Of a stretch of DNA of 54,972 nt, positions 38,692 to 49,800 are shown in pieces. Each line of letters opens with the position of its first letter. The first letter of the stretch is position 1. The position numbers were made by a program, and so were the translations under genes. The DNA lies in contig NC_069001.1 of NCBI RefSeq assembly GCF_001194135.2, forward strand, positions 8,118,971 through 8,173,942. The letters run 5' to 3'. Origin of the DNA: Octopus bimaculoides. Lineage: Eukaryota. The notes below the pieces were generated by a model that was not told the DNA's origin, searched no databases, and saw only the letters and a list, made by a program, of their open reading frames with translations.

Positions 38692-39017
38692 CCTGAAGTG
38701 AAAAAGTTTCTAGAAAATCCCTTTTGTTTCAAAATCAGGATATTTTATCACATTTGTTTCATACTTTTTATATTTATAATTCTATTCTCTCCATATAAAT
38801 AGAGTCAATAAACCTTCTGAATCCAAAGAATCTATGATTTTCTTCTTTTCAAATCAAAGGGGTAACGTTGGCATAAAGAAAATATGTTTTGGGGTAATTG
38901 GTTAAAAAAAGTTCTTGTCAAATACTTCTTTGATAAAATGAACTATCACAGACGTTACACTCGTGTGGTTTCTCTTCTTTCACAGAATGATTTATCACAG
39001 ATATCACAGCAATACAG

Positions 39018-40109
39018 TTACTCTCTTGTATGAATATGTCTGTGTTTAGTTAAGTAACTAATTTTAGAAAAGGATTTACCACAGATACTACAATGATATG
39101 GTTTTTCTGAACTGTGAATGTACCTATGTTTATTTAAGACACTTCCATCAGAGAATGATTTGCCACAGATATCACAGTCATATGGTTTCTCTCCTGTATG
39201 AATACGCTTGTGAACAGTCAATGAACTACTCTGAGAAAAAGATTTGCCACAGATATCACAGTGATATGGTTTTTCTCCAGTATGAACACGCTTGTGAGTA
39301 ATTAAAGTACTTCCATGAGAGAATGATTTTCCACAGACATCACAGTGATATGGTTGTTCACCTGTATGAATACGCTTGTGTTTATAAAAGTTACCAGTTT
39401 CAGAGAAAGACTTACCACAGATATCACAGTTATATGGCTTTTCTCCAGTATGAATGCGCTTGTGTGTAGTTAAGCTACTACTTACGGAGAATGATTTTCC
39501 ACAAATATCACAGTCATATGGTTTTTCTCCTGTATGAATACGTTTGTGAACAGTTAGATTACCTTTTTGAGTGAATAATATACCACATATATCACAGTAA
39601 TAAGGTCTCTCTCCTGTGTGAATACGTTTGTGAGTAGTTAAGTGAGTTGTTTCGGAAAATGATTTACCACAAGTATCACAATGATATGGCTTCTCTCCTG
39701 TATGAATTCTTTTGTGAGTAGTCAAGTCATTACTTTGAGAAAATGATTTACCACAGATACCACAATGATATGGTTTTTCTCCTGTATGAATACGCATGTG
39801 AGTAGTTAGGTTACCCTTTTGAGTGAATGATATACCACAAATATCACAATCATATGGCTTCTTTCCTATGTGAATATCCCTGTGTCGAGAAAAGCAACTT
39901 TTTTGAGAGAAAGATTTACCACATATATCACAGTAATATGGCTTGACTCCTGAATGAATATGTTTGTGAGTAGTTAGGTTACTTTTCTGATTGAATGACT
40001 TTTTACAGATATCACAGTGGTATGATGTTTTTCCTATCTTACTGGAGAAGTTCATCTTCTTATACTGTCTTTTACAATTTACTTTCTTTTCAGATAATTG
40101 ATTTTCCAT
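39018..40109 (-). CDS. ZNF-6: C2H2 zinc-finger protein, 12 fingers, 363 aa
   Basis: Intact ORF of 31 aa plus 12 fingers, ending at a TAA in the linker. Acceptor ctatttcag at 40469-40470. Confidence 0.95.
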   Translation of the reverse strand: MENQLSEKKVNCKRQYKKMNFSSKIGKTSYHCDICKKSFNQKSNLTTHKHIHSGVKPYYCDICGKSFSQKSCFSRHRDIHIGKKPYDCDICGISFTQKGNLTTHMRIHTGEKPYHCGICGKSFSQSNDLTTHKRIHTGEKPYHCDTCGKSFSETTHLTTHKRIHTGERPYYCDICGILFTQKGNLTVHKRIHTGEKPYDCDICGKSFSVSSSLTTHKRIHTGEKPYNCDICGKSFSETGNFYKHKRIHTGEQPYHCDVCGKSFSHGSTLITHKRVHTGEKPYHCDICGKSFSQSSSLTVHKRIHTGEKPYDCDICGKSFSDGSVLNKHRYIHSSEKPYHCSICGKSFSKISYLTKHRHIHTRE

Positions 40110-41059
40110 AATTCTTTTTAACTTACAACATGAAGATATTCTCTTCTCTTTGATGTACGTTGTCTTCTCGACAAATATCTCTTCTGCTACACTCCCATCA
40201 GATGTTCCGTTTGTGATATCCGAAAAGAGTGCAAACTCATTTGCAATTTAAGTTTAGTTAAATTGCAAAATTGCCTTGTATATATTTTAGCAAGCTTTAT
40301 GGAGAAATGTTGCTATTAATCTCAACTTGTTGGAAATATTTCGCAGTAATTCCACCATACAGTATTATACCTATGGTGTATAACATCTTCCTTTAGTCTT
40401 TAAACAATGGTAAATAGCACTGATGCAGCTGAAGTAAAAATTCTTTCATGTCAATATCATCCATTATTCTGAAATAGAAAAACAGAGTAAGAGATTGAGA
40501 ATACTTCATACTTACAAAGCAGCAATTCAACACAAGAAATTTTATTAACTCTACATATTACAAATTACAGGAGTATTTTAAACCTTCTTCATTTTCTTAT
40601 TTGGTTTTCAAGATTCTTGATGTAAATTCCCGCGTTGGGACAAATTTTATGTAAAAAGTCGGATCGTGTGAATATGCCGAAACTCCTTTCCCCCACCCTC
40701 CACCCTCTCGGAAAAATTCTTTCCCATAAATCCCTATATATCTGAATCCACAGCATCTAAGAGGTATTTGTTGAAAATTTCGTTAAGAAATATCCATATT
40801 CTGGAAATTATGNNNNNNNNNNNNNNNNNNNNNNNNNNNNNNNNNNNNNNNNNNNNNNNNNNNNNNNNNNNNNNNNNNNNNNNNNNNNNNNNNNNNNNNN
40901 NNNNNNNNNNNNNNNNNNNNNNNNNNNNNNNNNNNNNNNNNNNNNNNNNNNNNNNNNNNNNNNNNNNNNNNNNNNNNNNNNNNNNNNNNNNNNNNNNNNN
41001 NNNNNNNNNNNNNNNNNNNNNNNNNNNNNNNNNNNNNNNNNNNNNNNNNNNNNNNNNNN

Positions 41060-41417
41060 TGAGTGATCGATCCTAACCCTAAACACATGTATTCATTTGC
41101 ACACGCGCACTTTTTGTAGGATCGACCACTCACGACTAGCTAGCGCGGACGCGCGACCGCGCGTTCGGGACCACTCTGCTTTAGTAGTACCCAGTAACAG
41201 TACTCTAGAGTAAAGATTATTTATCGACATAATGTGGCAGCCCTGATTAGGACGAATGTTACTGTTATTTAGCCCCAGGAAACATCGTCTCCAGCTGGCC
41301 ATCGACGCACGATCTGTATCCTTATATTTTCGAACGAGGGTGTTTAGCTAAGTGGGGACGCTAAACTTCCTTGTTCGAAAATATAAGGACACAGATACTG
41401 CATCGATAGTCAGCTGG
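41060..41417. repeat. GC-rich element with two inverted-repeat hairpins
   Basis: A 16-bp IR (41060-41075 / 41117-41132, 15 of 16 match) encloses accctaa. A 58-bp-arm hairpin spans 41291-41417. Confidence 0.8.
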
Positions 41418-41464
41418 AAATACAATTAAGTTATGCGGAAACGTTGCTTATTCCGAAACTTTAC

Positions 41465-41710
41465 CCGTTTTGCACGTTATGCTGAAATTTTAATTTGAAG
41501 ACGGATATGTCATAACTGGAAGACATTTCATTATACGTTTCTTAAACAGGATTGCAACATGTTAAATGATATTTATTTTGAATTATACCATGTTGAAATA
41601 ATACTTATAGATTTTATTATTTTGATGATCTGTCAGCATCAGTTTGTGTTGAAAGAATATTTTCGGCGCATGCGTAAAATCCAAAATGGATCGGGGCGTC
41701 GTTTCGGACA
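41465..41710 (-). promoter_or_regulatory. Putative promoter / exon 1 of ZNF-6
   Basis: NRF1-type gcgcatgcgt (41666-41675) in a CpG-rich patch. Donor aaaacgg|GTAAAG at 41464, whose exon side resembles that of ZNF-8. Confidence 0.45.
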
Positions 41711-42965
41711 GCGAAGTACGGGATACATTTTACAAGTTATTTCCTTGATTTATTTTCATTTTTGCTATAAAGGCTGAAGCAAAAAGTTAAATATAAATTA
41801 TAGGGAACGGTGTAAACTTGATCCTAGCAAGTTGTTGAGCTATTTGGTTACTTTATCTAGCAGGTCGAAAGACCTAGCTTTTGTAAATGTGCATAAGGCG
41901 AAAGAATATTTAAAAAGTCGAAATTGTCAAACGGAAAGCGAAACGGGATGATTAATCCAAGATTATCAGTAGAAATAGGTTTCACTTCATTTATAAATGT
42001 AAATAGTAAAAACACATATACGTTTCCATCAAATGATAAAAATCAGGGAGCCCTCTACAGGGTCGCTTGACCTGCAAAATAAAAATTAAAAATAGCAACT
42101 ATATTTCCCTCAAATCATACACTACCGTCTTAAGGTAAAGATATGTTGAATAATATTGCTCTAAAAACTTCTGAAGAAGGTGCTAGAATGTCTTTGATCA
42201 GAGATCTGCTTAATAGCAACAACATATAGGAAGATTTTGTTCATCACCTTCTTTCAATAGCACGTGGAAATCATTGTGTTTTTAACAAATTTCGGGAAAA
42301 ACTTAAACCAATACAAATCGTAAAATGGACTTTTAGAAATAGAATTACGTTAAATTTAGGTGGATTTTGAGACTGCTGGTGCCCTAGTATAATTACAACC
42401 TATAACATCAGATGTGAGGGAGGGGACACGAAATTCCAGGCAGAGTGAAGAAAAGGCGATAAAGTTTGCTTTGGTGTTATAAAATACATGCAAGTTCACG
42501 ATTATGTAAAATGAGTGTTCAATGATCATTTTATCTTACCTGTCGTGGTGCATAAATCATCGTCTTCTACGGAATAAGTTTAGTTTTTAATGAAGTCTGA
42601 TTACTTTCAACAAGCGATCAACTTTGAATGGAGCGGGAAATTCTAAATAATATTTCAATGATGCGTATTAATACCTTTTGCATCTCTATTAGGCACTTTA
42701 CGCAAAAGATGTTATAAAGGGGGGTAACTTGAGAAGTGTGCGCAAGTTTCAATGACAATTCTTTTAGTTTTGTGAAAAAAATATAATCATATCGATATTC
42801 TTTTCCTTTAATACACTTGAGGCTACCTATATCGATGCACTGAAATTTCAATTCAAATTTTTGACAGAAAGATAATATAAAATTTTAACATATCTTGTTT
42901 GTCTGGTTATTTTAAAACAAAAAGACAATATATTCTGGTAAGAAATATTGTCGCGAAACCGTTAC

Positions 42966-43660
42966 CATCATCATTATCATTTAACGTCCCTTGTTGATTC
43001 TGGCATGGGTTGGACGGTCTGACCAGGGTTGGGAGGATGCACCAGACTCCAGTCTGATTTGGCATGGTTTCTTCGGTTGGATGCCCTTCCAAACTCCAGC
43101 CACTTCAAGAGTGCAATGGATACTTTCACATGCCACCAGCAGGGGTGCTATTTGTGTGACACCATTATCTGCCATGATTGCAATTTTACTTGGTTTGATG
43201 GGTCTTCTTCTCAAGCACAGCATAATACCAAAACTCTGTTATTCATCATTGCTTCCATGAAGCCCAACACTCAAAAGGTGCTTTTCACATGCCACTAGCA
43301 TTGGTCACCTTGCCTCTGTAAGGCCCAAAGCTCAAAAGGTGATTTTCATATGCTACTGATATGGGTACCAGTTACATGACACCAGCAGCGGCCACGACTA
43401 TGATTTCATTTGACTTGTTGGGTCTTCTCAAGCACAGCATATTACCAAAGGTCTCGGTCATTAGTCATTGCCCCAGTGAGGCCCAAAGTTTGGAGATCAT
43501 ACTTCATCACCTCATTCTATGTCTTCCTGAGTTTACCTCTACCACAGGTTCTTTCCACAATTAGAGATCAGCTGTTCTCATCACATATTGAAAGAATATT
43601 TTTAATGATGTCTGTTAACTGCATTTCTCCACATATTTGAACACAATTTCTCCTAAGTGT
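42966..43660 (-). mobile_element. RTE-type LINE 3' end (ORF end, 3' UTR, (ATG)n tail)
   Basis: CGRGKLRKT*NEVMKYDLQTLGLTGAMTNDRDLW*YAVLEKTQQVK* is followed by a UTR homologous to 1-215. Confidence 0.8.
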
Positions 43661-44254
43661 AGTTTAATGAGTTCCATTATCTATTTTCGTATGGTTTTTT
43701 TCAGCTGGATGCCCTTCCTAATGCAACCACTTTACAGAGTGTCCATGGCAGCAGTACCATCACCAAGTACCTTGAAAGATAAAATCCCCTCAACTGGGTG
43801 GTGGGAGTAGTACTGAGAGGGGGTGTCCTTCATATGTCCTTGATGAAATTAGGAAAATTACTTTATTCAAATGTATACTACAATGTTAAAATAGATTGCT
43901 CCTTTCCAGATAATCGGTTTGCAGCAATTCCTTCTCAAACATCTCTTCTTTATGCTTCTAATATCAATTTCCATATTGCTTTTACAATTTATGCAGACCT
44001 CTGTTAAAAGCAACAAAAAGTGTTCTTGTAACCACTTTATGTGGCAAAGTTTGGTTATACAGATTTCAGTAACTAATTGACGGTAATTTATAGTTAATAA
44101 AAGTGTATGGCCTTTACAAATTTTTATTTTACGAAGTCACAAAGTAATTTCATACACAAGTGTATATTCTAGTCAAAGACAAATAATTTTAATAGGTAAA
44201 CACATACTCATAAAATAAAATATAAGCGCATATATCATATCTTTATTGGCATCC

Positions 44255-44655
44255 ACATTCTTTTCTACTCTAGGCACAAGGCCTGAAATTTTTGGGGGAA
44301 AGGGCCAGTCGATTAGATTGACCCCAGTATGCAACAGGTACTTAATTTATCGACCCCAAAAGGATGAAAGGCAAAATGGACCGCGGCGGAATTTTAACCA
44401 AGAACATAAACAATGACGAAATACCACTAAGCATTTTGCCTGGCATGCTAATGTTTCTTATTTCTTTATTGCCCACAAGGGGCTAAACATAGAGGGGACA
44501 AACAAGGACAGACAAAGGGATTAAGTTAATTACATCAACCCCAGTACGTAATTGGTACTTAATTTATCGACCCCAAAAGGATGAAAGGCAAAGTCGACCG
44601 CGGCGGAATTTGAACTCAGAACGTAACGGCAGATGAAATACCGCTTAGCATTTCG
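44255..44655 (-). mobile_element. Two adjacent SINE family C copies with different tails
   Basis: 44255-44457 has the ggcacaaggcc tail. 44458-44655 has the gcccacaaggggctaaacatag tail, as at 28958. Confidence 0.8.
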
Positions 44656-45399
44656 ACCAGATTAGGACATGTATATGTGTGTAGGTCTGCTACTGTGTAT
44701 GTGAGTCTGTGTGTGTATGTCCTACCATGGCCATATCATCTTTTTAAGATTTAGGGTTACATTATTTAATGCATTCTCTCCTTATTATAACAGTATTTGG
44801 CTGCTATTTCTAGCAGTGACCACAGAGAATCCCTTATATTGGTCTGTAGACAGCAGCTGTTCACATGAAATATATAAAATACAAAAGTGAAGTAGAGTAT
44901 TCTAAACTGATATCAAAGTCAATCTGGTTTATATACTAGCACCAAAAGAAAAATAACATCATCACCACAAAATATTAGTGCTCAATAAATGTATATATGT
45001 ATGAGAATGTATGCATGTGCATCCATCTGTGTACCCATATATCTGTATTAATTTAATGGTATTCCACTTTGAATTCTACAACTTAGGGTTGTGTCAGAAA
45101 GATGGTTAACATATAGAATAAAATAGTTTAAGAGTAAATTAGTTTTAATGTAAAACTCATACAAGCATGTGGAATGAATATCAAAACATTGATAGTGGTG
45201 ATGATGATGATTGTCAAATTACAGCAACTATTTTCATTATTTTTCAAGATTACACTAACACATGCAAATTAACATTAGACTTCATAATCAAGTCATGAAA
45301 TAAAATAGACCAATAAAACTACATAGTAATATATTTTATAAATATGGAATTATTCCTTTATTGGACTTATTTGTGTTTCTTTAATTTGTCTCTCATATC

Positions 45400-45667
45400 A
45401 CAGCAATATGGTTTCATCCCTGTATGAATTCATCTCTTAAATTAGAATAACGATTCACCACAGATAATTCATGACATAATTTCTCACCTGCAAACATATG
45501 CCTGTACTGTTGCATAAAGACATTTACAGAATGTTTTTCTATATTGAAATGGTTCATTTCCTGTATCAAGGTGTTCATGAGTAATTAAGTTACTTCTTAA
45601 AGAGATTTAAATGCATATGAACTTTTTCTTGAATGAACGCAGATATGTACAGTTAAGTCACTTGATT
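45400..45667 (-). pseudogene. Tail of decayed fingers downstream of ZNF-7 (paralogous tail at ~49420-49800)
   Basis: Finger and linker remnants (cattcaagaaaaa, gatacaggaaatgaacc, tgtggtaaatcg, catacagggatgaaaccatattgctgtgat) with indels and stops. Confidence 0.75.
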
Positions 45668-46377
45668 TCAACAATATTTTACTGCAGATCTCATAGTATA
45701 TATCTCTCCTGTATGAATACATTTGTGATTTCGTAAGGGTCCTCTATGAGAGAATGATTTACCACACGCATGACAGTGATATGGCTTCTCTCCTGTATGA
45801 ATGCGTTTGTGAGTAGTTAAATTTCCATTTTGAGAGAATGATTTACCACAAATATCACAGTAATATGGCTTCTCTCTTGTATGGACACGTTTGTGTAGAG
45901 TTAGGGTATTACTTTCAGAGAATGATTTCCCACAGACATCACAATGGTAAGGTGCTTCTCCTGTATGAAGTCGTTTGTGTTTAATTAAGTTAGCATTGCG
46001 AGAGAATGATTTACCACAGATATCACAATGAAATTGTTTTTCTCCTGTATGAATATGTTTATGCACATTTAAGTATGTTTTCTGANNNNNNNNNNNNNNN
46101 NNNNNNNNNNNNNNNNNNNNNNNNNNNNNNNNNNNNNNNNNNNNNNNNNNNNNNNNNNNNNNNNNNNNNNNNNNNNNNNNNNNNNACTATTGGAGAAGCA
46201 TATACCACAGACATCACAGTGATATGGCTTCTCTCCTGTGTGAATGCTTTTGTGTACAGTTAAGTTAAATCTTACAGAGAATGATTTACCACAGATATCA
46301 CAGAAATACAGTTTTCCTCTTCTATGGAAGCATTTCTTCCTAGATAAGTTACTACTGCCTAAAGATGATTTATACAT
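45668..46377 (-). CDS. ZNF-7: C2H2 protein spanning an assembly gap (5 complete fingers and 2 partial fingers visible)
   Basis: ORFs 46069-46377 and 45668-46066 flank a 100-N gap (46086-46185), so the frame change is probably an artefact. Paralog of ZNF-8. Acceptor ttattgcag at 46883-46884. Confidence 0.75.
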
Positions 46378-47699
46378 TTCAATGTGTCTGCGTGACTTTG
46401 AGAGTGATATGATGTTGTGTGTGTTGCTTGCAGTATCTCGTGCGAAAAACCAAACTTTTTATATTATATTTTGTATTTAAACTGCTTACACAGAATTAAT
46501 TTTCCACTATACTTCTCTCTTCCAAATAAAGTTTTCTCCATTAATTTTGTGTTTTATTTCCAACAAATATTTCTCCTACTATATTTCCATCAACAGTTAT
46601 CGGTTAGGCATCTGAAGATGCTGTAAACGCTTTTACAAACGTGTCCAAGTTTCATTACATTCCAAATTCATCTTGTCCATATTCCAGAGAGCAAAGTAGA
46701 AAAGTGCCACAAATAATTTCACTCAGATGAAATATTTCAGAGAAACTTTTACCACAGATTTCTACAAAACGGGTTCTATCTATTCGGTGTAGCAGCTTCT
46801 TTTATTCTTTTTAAAAGATGATAAATATTGATGATGCATGTGAAGTAAAAAGCCTCTTTAATTACCAATGTCATCTGACTTGCTGCAATAAATAAATAAG
46901 AACAATAGCATAAGATATCAAGAATACTTAAAAAGCAGATATTTAACAGTTTCAGTTTTACATTTTTATAAAGATAATCTGTAGATATAAACCTTTACTA
47001 GAACAACTGAACTTTACCTTATAATTTTTTCATTAAAATTACAGAACAGCCACTACACCTTCAGATTATATAACATTATAATAATGAATTACATAAATTC
47101 CTCTCTCCACAGAAAAGTTATTCACTTTGCCTAAAACACAGATAGTGCTGAGCAGATCTATCATCAAAATCATTCCAAGTACGGCCAACACATTATTTTA
47201 TATATCAAGGATTATATTATTCAAAGTGTCCTTTGTTTTTTTTAAGATGATAGGGTATGATCTGAGGGAACTTGAAGTGACTACAATGGGTCCAAACAGA
47301 ATATATCTCTCTACAAATTTCTCAAGTCATACAGATTTTAACTAATTTTCTCATTACAAAAGAAAATATCTTTGCAAGATTTCAGTCCAGACTTGGTCAG
47401 ATGGCAATATAGTGAATGTGAAATGAATTACATCTCATTGATGGATTTGATTCTGTAGAAACCATAGTGGTTATCACAAACAAGACTTACTGCAAGAAAT
47501 AAGGGAGCTTCTTATTTACAACAGGTCCCATAACTTTTGAGATTATTCAAGTCATATTTATAGCACAGAAGGGTCAGAGAGGCTGGCAAATAAGATATTA
47601 TTGGCATGGGAAATATTGAAGTTCTTTCAGTTGAGATTAGATTACAGTGAAGTGGGAAAGTCTGATGGGTTCTCTCCTAATATTCTTCTAATTATATCC

Positions 47700-47835
47700 C
47701 TAGCTTAGCGATTAGAGTAATCGGTTCACGATTGCAAGGTCGTGAATTCAATTCTCAATGGTGTGTTGTTTCCTTGAGCAAGACACTTTATTTCACTTTG
47801 TTCCACTCCAACCCAGCTAGCAAAAATGAGTTGTA
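47700..47835 (+). mobile_element. Diverged tRNA/CORE-like SINE fragment
   Basis: gtcgtgaattcaattc (B-box-like) followed by ccttgagcaagacactttatttcac. Confidence 0.55.
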
Positions 47836-49800
47836 TCTAATTCAACATAAATAACGTATTTTTCTGCAATATATGGATAATTTATCCTGATCACGCTATT
47901 TTCCATTCTCTTCTGTTTCTATTGGAAAATCGGTGAAGGTGAAGCACATGTACACCACCCATTTCCAGTGTTTTTGGTTTTTTGGGGGGGATTTTTTTTT
48001 TTCAGAATTTCTTCGGATTTCTAAGTTTTCGATATACAGGAGAATATGAATTCCTAATTTTTAACTTTTTTTCGATTTTTTTTTATCCATGTACAAAAAT
48101 ACAAAGATTATGAATCTGGGATTTTTTTTTTTTTATTTTAATTTTTCTTAAAGATACATTCAATTTCCAGATTCGTAATCTCTACGAGAATAAAAAAAAA
48201 ATTACAAAATAAGAGACTGGGGTGGAGGAAAACGTGATTTTCGGGCAAAATTGTACCCTCCCATATCGAAAACATACCAATCCCCGGAAAATTTTGAAAT
48301 TTTTTTAATGTGGTGGGGGCGTGATTTAAGGTGTATTTAGCTGCTATTTTTAGCACAACTCACGACCAGCGTACAAGCAACTGTTTTCACCATTCTTGAA
48401 ATCCCAGAAATAAGACGAATAGGTTGATAGTTTGATGACTCAGTTTTTCTGCTTTTTTGGAATGGTATATACAGTGTTGTGTATGTACAGATCAAGATAG
48501 ATATCTGTAGAAAGAGATCTACTGAACAGATTGATGAGGATAGGAGCTAGTACTTGCATGCTTAGTTAGAGGATAAGGGAAGATACATTGCCAGAACTGT
48601 TAGCTTCTGAGAAAGGATGGTGTTTTCACACTTGGAAAAGTTTTGTTAAGTGTGAGAATTAAAAGTTAAACAAAAAAAAAAATGTGTAAAATTTCTCCTC
48701 AATTGTACTATTTGTAGATCCATCTTAGTTGAGGAGCTGCGTAAAAGAAATCTTCAAATTTAGTACAGATTCAATTGGCAACAGATCAATAATACCTGCT
48801 AACATTTCAGAAACTACCAACAGTTAGCAAACATTGCAACAGTTCAGCTATGCTAATGTAGAGAATGTAATATCTTCTATAAAATTTATGTGTTGACATA
48901 TTTTGTTTTAGTTATCACAAATGACAAAGTGTGACAAATGTAGGCTTATTTAGTATAATTTATAACATAACACGGATTAAAATAAAAACATTGGCTATCA
49001 CATTCTAACAGTATTAGTATTCAGTATCAAATAATGTCAACAGATTTTATAACTCTGGGTTAAAGATAAATCTGGAGAACTGTGTAATTTATACCATACA
49101 CAGATCAAGTCAAGGAATTCTACAACTTAGGGTTGTGTCAGAAAGATGGTTAACATATAGAGTAAATTAGTTTTAATTTAAAACCCATACAAGCATGTGG
49201 AATGGATATTAAAACAGTGATAGTGGTAATGATAATGATGATTGTCAAATTACAGCAACTATTTTCATTATTTTTCAAGATTACACTAACACATGCAAAT
49301 TAACATTAGACTTCATAATCAAGTCATGAAATAAAATAGACCAGTAAAACTACATAGTAATATATTTTATAAATATGGAATTATCCCTTTATTGGACTTA
49401 TTTGTGTTTCTTTAATTTGTCTCTCATATCACAGCAATATGGTTTCATCCCTGTATGAATTCATCTCTTGAATTAGAATAACGATTTACCACAGATAATT
49501 CATGACATAATTTCTCACCTGCAAACATATGCCTGTACTGTTGCATAAAGACATTTACAGAATGTTTTACTATATTGAAATGGTTCATTTCCTGTATCAA
49601 GGTGTTCATGAGTAATTAAGTTACTTCTTAAAGAGATTTAGAATGCATATGAACTTTTTCTTGAATGAACGCAGATATGTACAGTTAAGTCACTTGATTT
49701 CAATAATATTTTACTGCAGATCTCACAGTATATATATTTCTTATATGAATACATTTGTGATAATCTAACAGTCCCCTTCGAGAGGGTGATTTACCAGTTA

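Noticed and set aside
42534-42545. Strong donor CAG|GTAAGA as the ZNF-6 exon 1 end
   Set aside because: It lacks the paralog exon-1 signatures and lies upstream of the NRF1-type patch. The site at 41464 fits better, although this one cannot be excluded.
46069-46186. Apparent frameshift and stop (RKHT*) in ZNF-7
   Set aside because: It coincides with an exactly 100-N gap of unknown true size. The sequence after the gap reads [12 protein letters not shown] in the finger frame.
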